From NCBI GenBank assembly GCA_963798845.1, contig CAWCUS010000001.1, forward strand, positions 1-64,000: 64,000 nt of DNA. Reading direction: 5' to 3'. A program made the translations under genes and the position numbers. Positions 46,127 through 58,890 of this stretch are shown one piece after another. Below the pieces are notes generated by a model. It saw only the letters and a list, made by a program, of their open reading frames with translations. It was not told the origin of the DNA and did no database searches. How positions within the stretch are numbered: the first letter of the stretch is position 1; each line of letters opens with the position of its first letter. The stretch is from an uncultured Gemmatimonadales bacterium (GTDB taxonomy: Bacteria; Gemmatimonadota; Gemmatimonadetes; Longimicrobiales; RSA9).

Positions 46127-46262
46127 GGCCTCCGGCGACCACGGCTCACGCCCGGGCCCGGGCTTCGGGCACGAACCGCATGATCCTTGCGTGGCCGCGG
46201 CTTCGTTCCTCAACAGGCGTGCCGGGCGAGCCGGCCGGCAGTGAGAAGCGAACGGGAGACGA

Positions 46263-46913
46263 ATGCCCGCGCCTTTTCCGAGTTGGTCCGACAGCGTATT
46301 CAAAGCGACGATCGCAGCCGTCTTCCTTCTGATCCTGGCCTTCCCCCTCGCCCTCATGGCGTGGGTCCGCACCCCCTGGAACACCGGCGAGCAGCGCACC
46401 CTCGAGCAGCCGGTGGATTTCGATCACCGACATCACGTCTCCGACGACGGGATCGACTGCCTCTACTGCCACGACCTGGCGGATCGCTCGCGCTACGCCG
46501 GGATACCGGGCGCCGGGAAGTGCATGAACTGCCACAACCAGATCTGGAGCCAGAGCCCCGCCCTGGAGCCGGTACGGCAGAGCTATTTCCGCGGCGCGAC
46601 GCTGGCGTGGCAGCGGGTCTACCGCCTGCCGGACTTCGTCTACTTCGATCACTCGCAGCACGTCCTCAACGGCGTCGGCTGCGAGGAGTGCCACGGGCGC
46701 GTGGACCGGCAACCGCGCATTGCCCAGGTCCCGCCGCTCAGCATGTCGTGGTGCCTCGCGTGCCACCGCGACCCCGCGCCGCACCTGCGACCGCGTGATC
46801 GGATCACCACCATGGGCTGGACGTTCAACGGGAACCGCGATTCTCTCGCCGCCGCCCTCGCCGCCGAGTACGACGTCCGCCCCATGACCTCCTGCACCAC
46901 CTGCCACCGCTGA
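46263..46913 (+). CDS. actA: Alternative complex III pentaheme cytochrome c subunit
   Basis: N-terminal TM helix, five CxxCH motifs (CLYCH, CMNCH, CEECH, CLACH, CTTCH), QPVDFDH, LPDFVYFDHS.H and LSMSWC. Confidence 0.92.
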   Translation: MPAPFPSWSDSVFKATIAAVFLLILAFPLALMAWVRTPWNTGEQRTLEQPVDFDHRHHVSDDGIDCLYCHDLADRSRYAGIPGAGKCMNCHNQIWSQSPALEPVRQSYFRGATLAWQRVYRLPDFVYFDHSQHVLNGVGCEECHGRVDRQPRIAQVPPLSMSWCLACHRDPAPHLRPRDRITTMGWTFNGNRDSLAAALAAEYDVRPMTSCTTCHR

Positions 46914-46918
46914 TCGGA

Positions 46919-50250
<3,332 letters not shown>

Positions 50251-50254
<4 letters not shown>

Positions 50255-51615
50255 TGCAGACCCCGACGCTCGAGCGGTGGCCCGTGGTCGAGGACAGCCC
50301 GAGCTACGCCCACATCACCACGGAGATCCTCGAGCCGATCTGGAAGAAGAAGCCGTTCACGTGGCGGCTGTTCATGGCCTTCATGGCACTCGGCTCCCTC
50401 GGCTTCCTCGGCGCCATCGCCTACACCGTGTTCTCCGGCATCGGCGTCTGGGGCAACCAGATCCCGGTGGGCTGGGCGTTCGCCATCACCAACTTCGTCT
50501 GGTGGATCGGGCTCGGACACGCGGGCACCTTCATCTCCGCCTTCCTGCTCCTCCTGGAGCAGAGGTGGCGCAGCTCCATCAACCGGACGGCGGAGGCGAT
50601 GACGCTCTTCGCCATCATGATGGCCGGCCTCTTCCCCATGCTCCACCTGGGACGGCCCTGGTTCTTCTACTGGCTGGTCCCCTACCCCGCCACCATGGGG
50701 GTGTGGCCGCAGTTCCGCAGCTCGCTCCCCTACGACGCGGCCGCGATCTTCACGTACTTCACGGTTTCCGTCCTCTTCTGGTACATGGGGCTGGTTCCCG
50801 ACCTGGCGTCCGCCCGCGACCGCGCCCCGTCCCGCTTCAAGGCGCGCGTCTACGGCCTCTTCGCCCTGGGCTGGCGCGGCTCCGCCCGCGACTGGAAGCG
50901 CTACCGCATCGGCTACGGCCTCCTGGCCGGACTCGCCACCCCGCTGGTCATCTCGGTGCACTCCATCGTGTCCATGGACTTCGCCATCGCCCAGCTACCC
51001 GGATGGCACAGCACCATCTTCCCGCCCTACTTCGTCGTGGGCGCCATCTACTCCGGCTTCGCCCTGGTCATCATGCTCCTGGTCCCGATCCGCCACCTCC
51101 TGGGCTGGCAGGACGTGATCACGAAGCGGCACCTGAACGTGCTCGGCAAGATCCTGCTCGTGACCGGCGGCCTCATGGGGTACTCCTACATCACCGAGAC
51201 CTTCTCCGCCTGGTACTCCGGCGACATCTACGAGCGGTTCATCTACCTGTGGCACCGCCCCTTCGGATGGCACTGGCTCTACTGGGCCATGATCTTCTGC
51301 AACGCCGTGGTGCCGCACCTGTACTGGAGCCGGCGCATGCGGAACAGCTCCGTGGCGCTCTTCATCGGCTCCTTCCTGATCTTCACCGGGATGTGGATCG
51401 AGCGCCTGGTCCTCATCGTCAGCAGCCTCGACCGCGACTTCCTCCCGTCCAGCTGGCACGCCTACATGCCCACGTGGGTGGACTGGATGCTGCTCTTCGG
51501 CTCCATCAGCACGTTCATCTTCCTCTTCATGACGCTCCTCCGCTGGGTTCCGGGCGTGCCCATCCACGAGGTGAAGAAGCTGCGGCGCGAGCTCGAGCAG
51601 GAAGGAGCGGGGTGA
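50251..51615 (+). CDS. actC: Alternative complex III quinol-binding subunit C (NrfD/PsrC family)
   Basis: ITNFVWWIGLGHAGTFISA, AEAMT, HLGRPW, PLVISVHSIVSMDFA and GWHSTIFPPYFV. Confidence 0.93.
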
Positions 51616-52277
51616 TGGAGCAGCCCGACGTCATGCACATCCGGATCCTGGCCGAGTTCGAGACCCCCGACGCCATCGAGTCGGCGGTCGCGGCGATGAA
51701 GCACAAGGGCTACGAGGGCATCGACGCCTTCACGCCCTGGGACATGGAAAAGATCACCGAGACCCTCGAGCTCCCGCGCGGTCACATCCCGCTCTACACC
51801 CTGCTCTTCGGCATCCTGGGCGCCATCCTCGGCTACGGGATCCAGTGGTGGACCAACGCCGTGGACTTCCCCATCAACGTCGGCGCCCGCCCGCTGAACC
51901 CGATCCCGTCGTTCGTCATGATCACGTTCGAGACGACCGTCCTCTTCGCCTCCCTGGGCGCCTTCCTCGGCGTGTGGGCCGGCTCGCGCCTCCCCATGCT
52001 CTGGCAGCCGCTGTTCGAGGTCCCCGGCTTCGAGCGCGCCACGGACGACCGCTTCTTCATCGGCATTGACGAGCGCGACCCCCTCTTCCAGTTCGAGCGC
52101 ACCCGAGACGACCTCCTGGACTTCGGCGCGGTCCGCGTCGAGCGCGTCCCCGAGCGGTGGGAGATCGTGGAGCGGGAGAAACGCGCGTCCCGACTGCGCC
52201 AGCGCGGCACGGTCCCGCCCGTCGATCCAGGCGAGCCCGGCGAGCGCGTCCCGCCGCCACCCGAGACGACGGCATGA
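51615..52277 (+). CDS. actD: Alternative complex III subunit D (DUF3341)
   Basis: AEFETPD, DAFTPW, two TM helices, ITFETTVLF and RATDDRFFI. Confidence 0.9.
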   Translation: MEQPDVMHIRILAEFETPDAIESAVAAMKHKGYEGIDAFTPWDMEKITETLELPRGHIPLYTLLFGILGAILGYGIQWWTNAVDFPINVGARPLNPIPSFVMITFETTVLFASLGAFLGVWAGSRLPMLWQPLFEVPGFERATDDRFFIGIDERDPLFQFERTRDDLLDFGAVRVERVPERWEIVEREKRASRLRQRGTVPPVDPGEPGERVPPPPETTA

Positions 52278-52960
52278 GGGTGCGCGCAATGGCCATCGTC
52301 CTCATCGCGCTGATGCTCACGGCGTGCAGCCGCGAAGGCGAGTCGGTCGCCTGGAGCTTCGAGCGCATGATCGACCAGCCCTCGCTGCGCGCCTACGAGC
52401 CGTCGGACTTCTTCGCCGATTCCATGGGCATGCGCACGCCGCCCCCGGGCACCGTGCCTCGCGGCGAGCTGCTCGGACCGCGCGTCCTGGTCACCGGTCG
52501 GACGCGACCGGATACGGCCATCACCCTCGACATCCCCGCGGCGGGGCTCGCCGAGCCCGAGATCCGCCCCGGACCGGCCTCGACGCGGATCCCGATCCCG
52601 CTCACCATCACCGACGTGCGACGCGGTCAGGACCGCTTCGACATCTTCTGCGCCGCCTGCCACGGCGTGGACGGCCGGGCCCGGACTCCCGTGGCCGACA
52701 ACATGACGCTCCGGCGGCCGGCCGACCTCACCTCCGAGCGCATCCGCGGCCTCGCCGACGGCCAGATCTACGCGGTCGTCAACGAGGGCTACGGCTTCAT
52801 GCCCTCCTACGCCGCCGAGCTGAGCGTCCACGACCGCTGGGCAGTGGTCGCCTACGTGCGGGCGCTGCAGCTCTCGCAGGCGGCTCGGCTGTCCGAGCTC
52901 CCCGCCCCCGTCCAGCGCGAGTTCCGCCTCGCCGTCCCCGACGCCGGAGTGCGCCCATGA
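52274..52960 (+). CDS. actE: Alternative complex III monoheme cytochrome c lipoprotein
   Basis: Lipobox LTAC, M.DQP..RAYE.S.FFAD, GTVPRG, CAACHG and MPSYA...DRWAVVAYVRALQ. Confidence 0.9.
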   Translation: MRVRAMAIVLIALMLTACSREGESVAWSFERMIDQPSLRAYEPSDFFADSMGMRTPPPGTVPRGELLGPRVLVTGRTRPDTAITLDIPAAGLAEPEIRPGPASTRIPIPLTITDVRRGQDRFDIFCAACHGVDGRARTPVADNMTLRRPADLTSERIRGLADGQIYAVVNEGYGFMPSYAAELSVHDRWAVVAYVRALQLSQAARLSELPAPVQREFRLAVPDAGVRP

Positions 52961-54162
52961 GCACGGTGCGGATCGCGCCGGACGTCGAGGCCCGGGTGGT
53001 GCGCAGCGCGAGGCGCGTCATCGTGCCGGCGCTCGTCGCTTCGGGCATCGGGCTCCTCGGCTTCGCCGGCGGCCTCATCCTCGACCCGCAGCGCGCCCTG
53101 TACAGCTACCTGGCCGCGTTCGCCTTCGGGTTGGCCGTGGCGCTCGGGTCGCTGTTCATGGTCATGATCTCGCACGTCACCGACGCGCGCTGGTTCGTGG
53201 TCGTACGACGCCTGGCCGAGACGATCGCCGGCACGCTCCCGCTCTTCGCCCTTCTCATCATCCCCGTCCTGGTGGGGGTCGGTCTCGTCTATCCGTGGGT
53301 CCCGCCCGTTCACCTCCCGGCGGAGGACGCGGCGAACGTGGCGAAGAAGGCCGCGTACCTCAACGTCCCGTTCTTCATCGGCCGCGCCATCCTCTATTTC
53401 GCCGTCTGGATCACGCTGGCCACGGCGCTCCGCCGCTGGTCGCTCCGGCAGGACCGTGCTCCCGAGGACGCGCCGCCCCGCCGCGCCGTCAACATCAGCG
53501 GCCCCGGCCTCGCGATCACCGGTCTCACTGTCTCGTTCGCGGCCATGGACTGGCTCATGTCGCTCTCGCCCACGTGGGTTTCATCGGTCTTCGGAGCCTA
53601 CTGGTTCGCCGGCACCATGTACGCGGGCGTCGCCGCCATCACCGTGGTCACCTGGGCCTTCCAGCGCGCGGGCGTGCTGCGCGACGAGGTGGCCAGCGGC
53701 CACTTCTACGCTCTCGGCCGCCTGATGCTGGTCTTCACCATCCTGTGGGCGTACCTCGGGTTCTCCCAGGGATTCCTCATCTACATCGCCGACCTGCCCC
53801 ACGAGGTCACCTGGTACCTGGACCGCACCCTCGGCGGCTGGGGCGTGGTCTTCGGCATCGTCGTGGTGGGCCATTTCTTCGTTCCCTTCTTCGCCCTGCT
53901 CTCCTACCGGATCAAGCAGAGCGGCCGCAGCCTCTCGTTCGTCGCGGTGTGGATGCTGCTCATGCACTACGTGGAGATGTTCTGGTTCGTCATTCCCGCG
54001 CTCCATGGCCGCGATTTCAGCGCCCGCTGGTTCGACCCCGCCACGCTCCTCTTCGTCCTCGGCTCGGCCACCGCCTTCGGCGCCTGGCGCCTCGCCGGTG
54101 AGTCCGCCGTGCCGTGGCGCGACCCGCGCATCCTCGCCTCCATCGGGTACCGCCGTGAGTGA
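52957..54162 (+). CDS. actF: Alternative complex III membrane subunit F
   Basis: About 10 TM helices, KKAAYLNVPFFIGR, DWLMSLSPTW.S and WAYLGFSQ..LIY.ADLP.E. Confidence 0.9.
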   Translation: MSTVRIAPDVEARVVRSARRVIVPALVASGIGLLGFAGGLILDPQRALYSYLAAFAFGLAVALGSLFMVMISHVTDARWFVVVRRLAETIAGTLPLFALLIIPVLVGVGLVYPWVPPVHLPAEDAANVAKKAAYLNVPFFIGRAILYFAVWITLATALRRWSLRQDRAPEDAPPRRAVNISGPGLAITGLTVSFAAMDWLMSLSPTWVSSVFGAYWFAGTMYAGVAAITVVTWAFQRAGVLRDEVASGHFYALGRLMLVFTILWAYLGFSQGFLIYIADLPHEVTWYLDRTLGGWGVVFGIVVVGHFFVPFFALLSYRIKQSGRSLSFVAVWMLLMHYVEMFWFVIPALHGRDFSARWFDPATLLFVLGSATAFGAWRLAGESAVPWRDPRILASIGYRRE

Positions 54163-54715
54163 GTCGCCGCGCCGCCCGGGGCTGGAGCAGGAGGAGGATC
54201 ACGTCCACGCGGCGGGCGCCTACGCCCTCGCCTTCCTCGGCGTGCTCCTCGTGGTCTTCTCCATCTGGGCCGGGATCGAGCTGGCCCAGAGCCTCGCGGG
54301 ACGCCGGACCTCCCCGTCCACCGCCGAGCAGACGCCGCCGCGCATGGAGGAGGTCGAGCGGGTGCGGACGATCGGCAGCCTGGATGTCACCGATATCCTC
54401 GCCGACTCCACCACCCGCACCAACCGGCTGCTCCGCCGCGAGCGCCTGGCCGCGTACGGCTGGGCCGACCGCGGGCGCGGCATGGTGACCATCCCGATCG
54501 GTCGCGCGATGGAGCTGGTGGCGGAGCGGACCCGGGGCGAGGCCCTCGGCCCGACGCCCACGTCGCCCGCCAACGCCGTACCCCGGATCCCGTCGGCCGC
54601 AGGCGCCGCTCCGCGCGACTCCGCCGCTGGCGTCGCCGGCCCCGGCCCGGAGCGCGCCGCCCCGCCCGACACCGTCGCGCCGGACACCGCAGGCCGCGGG
54701 GAGGAGCCGCGATGA
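54155..54715 (+). CDS. Single-TM ACIII-associated protein (ActG-like position)
   Basis: TM helix followed by L..YGWADR..G.V.IPI.RAMELV, typical of the gene between actF and the oxidase genes. GTG start. Confidence 0.7.
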   Translation: MSESPRRPGLEQEEDHVHAAGAYALAFLGVLLVVFSIWAGIELAQSLAGRRTSPSTAEQTPPRMEEVERVRTIGSLDVTDILADSTTRTNRLLRRERLAAYGWADRGRGMVTIPIGRAMELVAERTRGEALGPTPTSPANAVPRIPSAAGAAPRDSAAGVAGPGPERAAPPDTVAPDTAGRGEEPR

Positions 54716-55803
54716 GCGCCTTCCCCCTCCTCGCCGTGCTCGCCGACCCGGAGACGCCGCTCTCCGATTTCCTGGGCGCCATCGGCAACACGCTGCACTG
54801 GCTCCTGGCGCTCCCCGTCCAGGCGTCGGTGTTCGCCCGCCAGGTGGATGCGCTCCAGTACATCGAGTTCGCCACGTTCGCTCTCCTGGGAACCATCACC
54901 CTCGGCGCGGTCTTCCTGTTCGTGGTGCGCTACCGCCGCCGTCCGGGAGATCCGGTGGCGCCGCGCACGCGGCGGATCGTCTCGCCCACGTGGCTCGAGC
55001 TCGGCGTCGCCGGCTCGCTCCTGGGGATGTTCATGATCTGGTGGATCTTCGGGTTCCGGCAGTACGCGAGCCGGCAGGACCCGCCGCCCGACGCCCTCAC
55101 CGTGTACGCCATCGGGAAGCAGTGGGTCTGGAAGTTCAGCTACCCCGACGGGCCCCAGTCCAACAGCGTCCTCTACCTCCCGGAGGACCGCCCCGTCCGC
55201 GTCCTGACCACGTCGCGTGACGTGATCCACTCGTTCTTCGTACCCGCCTTCCGCATCAAGGAGGATGCGGTACCCGGGCGCTACAACACCACCTGGTTCA
55301 GGCCCACGCGCATCGGCCGCTTCCGCATCCAGTGCGCCGAGTTCTGCGGCGCGGGCCACAGCCGGATGGAGGCGCAGGCCGTGGTGCTCCCGCCCGCCGA
55401 TTTCGATCGCTGGCTCGAGGGCTACGATCCCGAGGGCGACGAAGCCACAACGGTCCCGCCGGGCATCCTCTCCGGGCGCGACGAGCGCACCCCCGTGGAG
55501 GAGACCATGGCCGGGCGAGGGCGTCGCGTGGCCGCCGAGAAGGGCTGCCTGCGCTGCCATACCACCGACGGGAAGCGCCACATCGCCCCCACCTGGCTCG
55601 GGCTCTACGGCTCCCGCGTCCCGCTCGAGAGCGGTGATACCGTGCTGGCCGACCCGGGCTACCTCACCATGTCCATGATGGATCCCGGCGCCATGGTCGT
55701 GAAGGGGTTCCCCGACGTCATGCCTGCCTTCCAGGGTCGCCTGACGCAGGCGGAGGCCGCCGCGCTGGTGGAGTACATCAAGTCGATCAGGAGGACGCCG
55801 TGA
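54712..55803 (+). CDS. coxB: Cytochrome c oxidase subunit II with fused cytochrome c (caa3-type)
   Basis: KQWVWKF, CuA motif DVIHSF...CAEFCGAGHSRM and a C-terminal CLRCH...MP domain. Confidence 0.94.
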   Translation: MSAFPLLAVLADPETPLSDFLGAIGNTLHWLLALPVQASVFARQVDALQYIEFATFALLGTITLGAVFLFVVRYRRRPGDPVAPRTRRIVSPTWLELGVAGSLLGMFMIWWIFGFRQYASRQDPPPDALTVYAIGKQWVWKFSYPDGPQSNSVLYLPEDRPVRVLTTSRDVIHSFFVPAFRIKEDAVPGRYNTTWFRPTRIGRFRIQCAEFCGAGHSRMEAQAVVLPPADFDRWLEGYDPEGDEATTVPPGILSGRDERTPVEETMAGRGRRVAAEKGCLRCHTTDGKRHIAPTWLGLYGSRVPLESGDTVLADPGYLTMSMMDPGAMVVKGFPDVMPAFQGRLTQAEAAALVEYIKSIRRTP

Positions 55804-57437
55804 GCACCACCATCGATCCGGAAGGCGCCCTGCTGGCCCCCGCTGACGAGCCCGCCTCGTATCTCACCTCGGAGCGCGGTCTCTGGTCGTGGCTCACCAC
55901 CACGGACCACAAGCGGATCGGGCTGATGTACCTCATGGCCACCAGCTTCATGCTGGCCCTGGGCGGGACCTTCGCCATCCTGCTCCGCATCGAGCTGCTC
56001 ACGCCCGACTACACCATCGTGAGCGCCGACACGTACAACCGGTTCTTCACCGCGCACGGCGTGATCATGGTCTGGCTCTTCATGATCCCGGCCATCCCCG
56101 CGGGCTTCGGCAACTTCCTGATCCCGCTCATGATCGGCGCCCGCGACGTCGCCTTCCCCCGCCTCAACCTGGCCAGCTGGTACGTCTACATGATCGGCGC
56201 GGCCATCGTCCTCTACGGCCTCGCGGCCGGCGGCGTGGACACCGGCTGGACCTTCTACACACCCTACTCCACCCTCAGCTTCTCCCAGGTCGCCGTGGTG
56301 GCCATGGGCGTCTTCGTCCTCGGCGTCTCCACCATCATGACCGGGGTCAACCTCATCGTCACGATCCACACGCTGCGCGCCCGCGGCCTCAGCTGGGGTC
56401 GACTCCCGATCTTCGTCTGGACCATCTATGCGACGGCGATCATGCAGACCCTCGCCACGCCCGTCCTCGGCATAACCCTCGCCCTCGTCGCCGTGGACCA
56501 CGCCTTCCACTTCGGCATCTTCGACCCCACCCTCGGCGGCGACCCGATCCTCTACCAGCACCTCTTCTGGTTCTACTCGCACCCCGCCGTCTACATCATG
56601 ATCCTCCCCGCCTTCGGCGTGGTGACGGAGGTGGTCTCCGCATTCAGCCGGAAGAACGCGTTCACCTATCGCGGCCTCGTCATCTCGTCCCTCGGGATCG
56701 CCTTCGTCGGCTTCATGGCCTGGGGGCACCACATGTTCACTTCCGGCATGAGCACCAGCGACGCCGCAGTCTTCGGCATCCTGTCCATGGTCGTGGCCAT
56801 CTTCAGCGCCATCAAGGTGTTCTCCTACGTGGGTACCATGTACCAGGGCTCCATCTCGCTGAAGACGCCCATGCTCTACTTCTTCGAGTTCCTTTTCCTC
56901 TTCGGCGTCGGCGGGACCACGGGCGTGGCGCTCGCCTCCACTTCACTCGACATCCACTGGCAGGACACCTACTTCGTGGTCGCCCACTTCCATTTCATCA
57001 TGGTGGGCGCCACCCTCACCGCTTTCCTCGCCGCGCTCCACTACTGGTGGCCCAAGATGTTCGGCAGGATGTACCCGGAGAAGCTGGGCGTGGTGGGCGC
57101 CACGCTCATCTTCATGGGCTTCACCGGCACCTTCATTCCCCAGTTCCTCCTGGGCAACGCGGGGCTGCCCCGGCGCACGTACAGCTATCCGCCCGAATTC
57201 CAGGCGCTCCACGACATCTCCACAGTGGGGTCCTGGTCCATCGCCGGCGGGCTGCTCCTGATCCTCTCGTACCTCGTGTACTCCTTCTTCAGGGGGCAGA
57301 GCAGCGGACAGAACCCGTGGCGCTCACGCGGCTACGAGTGGGTCTCGGCCTCACCGCCTCCGCCCCACAACTTCGAGGTCATCCCCGACTTCAGCCACCG
57401 CGAGCCCCACGACTACTGGGCCGAGGAGAGCGCATGA
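55800..57437 (+). CDS. coxA: Heme-copper oxidase subunit I, type A2
   Basis: TTDHKRIG, GARDVAFPRLN (D-channel Asp), FWFYSHPAVY (YS motif, so A2), WGHHMF and VAHFHF. Confidence 0.95.
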   Translation: MSTTIDPEGALLAPADEPASYLTSERGLWSWLTTTDHKRIGLMYLMATSFMLALGGTFAILLRIELLTPDYTIVSADTYNRFFTAHGVIMVWLFMIPAIPAGFGNFLIPLMIGARDVAFPRLNLASWYVYMIGAAIVLYGLAAGGVDTGWTFYTPYSTLSFSQVAVVAMGVFVLGVSTIMTGVNLIVTIHTLRARGLSWGRLPIFVWTIYATAIMQTLATPVLGITLALVAVDHAFHFGIFDPTLGGDPILYQHLFWFYSHPAVYIMILPAFGVVTEVVSAFSRKNAFTYRGLVISSLGIAFVGFMAWGHHMFTSGMSTSDAAVFGILSMVVAIFSAIKVFSYVGTMYQGSISLKTPMLYFFEFLFLFGVGGTTGVALASTSLDIHWQDTYFVVAHFHFIMVGATLTAFLAALHYWWPKMFGRMYPEKLGVVGATLIFMGFTGTFIPQFLLGNAGLPRRTYSYPPEFQALHDISTVGSWSIAGGLLLILSYLVYSFFRGQSSGQNPWRSRGYEWVSASPPPPHNFEVIPDFSHREPHDYWAEESA

Positions 57438-58153
57438 GCACGCGCGATCACGGCGCCACCCGCGGCGACATCCTGGGCAGCGCGACCACCCGCGTCCGGC
57501 GCCCCCCGGAGGAGGGGCGCAGCGCCGAGGCGCACCTCAAGGACCACTACGAGACGCTCTCCAAGCAGACCCACGGGGCCCAGTTCGGGATGTGGGTCTT
57601 CATCGCCAGCGAGACGGCGATGTTCAGCGCTCTCTTCGCCCTCTTCACCGCCTACCGGACCGCGTTTCCCGAGGCTTTCAAGGAAGGCGCGCGGGAAACC
57701 GTCCTGTGGATGGGCTCCGCCGGCACCGCCACGCTCCTCCTGGCCAGCTTCCTGGTCGCCGCCGCCCTCGCCCTCGTGCGCAGCGACCGAACCCGCGCAG
57801 CCGCCGCCGCCCTCCTCGGCGCCGCGGGCCTCGGCGCGCTCTTTCTCGTCTTCAAGTTCTGGGAGTGGGGGATCCACTTCGGCGAGGGCATCTTTCCCGG
57901 CACGCACTACCATTTCGAGAAGCTCCCGCCACCGGGAGGCTCCGCCTTCTTCACCCTCTACTACGTCATGACCGGGCTCCACGCCCTGCACGTGATCGGC
58001 GGAATCCTCCTGCTCACCGGCCTGGCCTGGCGCACCCACCGCCGCGCCTACGGGCCCGAGTACGACACTCCCGTCGAGCTCGGCGGCATGTACTGGCACT
58101 TCGTCGACATCGTCTGGCTCTTCCTCTGGCCCTGCTTCTACCTGATTCACTGA
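57434..58153 (+). CDS. coxC: Cytochrome c oxidase subunit III
   Basis: GMWVFIASE, YYVMTGLHALHV and YWHFVDIVWLFL. Confidence 0.93.
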   Translation: MSTRDHGATRGDILGSATTRVRRPPEEGRSAEAHLKDHYETLSKQTHGAQFGMWVFIASETAMFSALFALFTAYRTAFPEAFKEGARETVLWMGSAGTATLLLASFLVAAALALVRSDRTRAAAAALLGAAGLGALFLVFKFWEWGIHFGEGIFPGTHYHFEKLPPPGGSAFFTLYYVMTGLHALHVIGGILLLTGLAWRTHRRAYGPEYDTPVELGGMYWHFVDIVWLFLWPCFYLIH

Positions 58154-58159
58154 GCCACC

Positions 58160-58561
58160 ATGAAGACCTACGTCCTCACCCTCGCCGCCCTCCTCCTCCT
58201 CAGCGCCCTCACCCTCGCGCTGTCCTTCGTCAGCCTCGGAGCCTGGCAGGCGCCGACCGCCATCCTCATCGCCGTGGTGAAGGCGCTCCTCGTCGCCCTC
58301 TTCTTCATGCACCTTGCCGAGCAGACCACCCCCGCCCGCATGGCCGCCCTCGTCGGCGTGCTCATGGGCGTCATGCTCATCGTCATCGCCACGCTCGACG
58401 TCGCCACACGCCCCGAGCACACGCTCCGCGGCACCGACTTCCCGGTCCTCACCCCGGGGATCCAGCAGCCCGGCCCCTTCCAGGCCACTACCCCGCCCCC
58501 CACGGAGCTCGAGCCCGATACCGCCAGCCCGCCCACCCCCACCACCCGGGCACCCCGGTAG
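58160..58561 (+). CDS. coxD: Cytochrome c oxidase subunit IV (caa3-type)
   Basis: Three TM helices and IAVVKALLVALFFMHL. Confidence 0.88.
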   Translation: MKTYVLTLAALLLLSALTLALSFVSLGAWQAPTAILIAVVKALLVALFFMHLAEQTTPARMAALVGVLMGVMLIVIATLDVATRPEHTLRGTDFPVLTPGIQQPGPFQATTPPPTELEPDTASPPTPTTRAPR

Positions 58562-58712
58562 CGGCCCATGAATCCGCCACCGGCCAGCCCGCCGCCCGCC
58601 CGTCCCGTGCGTGTGCCCGAGCGAACATTTGCTTCCCGCCTCCGGACGTTGTACCTTCGCCCCAGAATCATCATACGGGTATGACGAATCGCCCCCACTC
58701 ACGCCTGATGAG

Positions 58713-58841
58713 ATGATCATGGCCCCTGCCCCGAGCTGGATTCCGCGTGTCCTTTCCGTTGTCGTGTTCGTCGCCATGGCCACCGCGCTGGGATACGCCG
58801 CGTGGATCGCCATCCGCTACTTCGGCCAGATCGGTGTGTGA
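58713..58841 (+). CDS. Small single-TM protein (~42 aa) upstream of norC
   Basis: MIMAPAPSWIPRVLSVVVFVAMATALGYAAWIAIRYFGQIGV. Start is uncertain. Confidence 0.55.
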   Translation: MIMAPAPSWIPRVLSVVVFVAMATALGYAAWIAIRYFGQIGV

Positions 58842-58890
58842 GACCCCCTGTGGTTGAACGCCGCGTTCCGTCCCTCTGCTGAACGGATCC

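Noticed and set aside
46176..46191. Sigma54-like element upstream of actA (CCGCATGATCCTTGCG)
   Set aside because: The -12 element is good, but there is CG instead of GG at -24.
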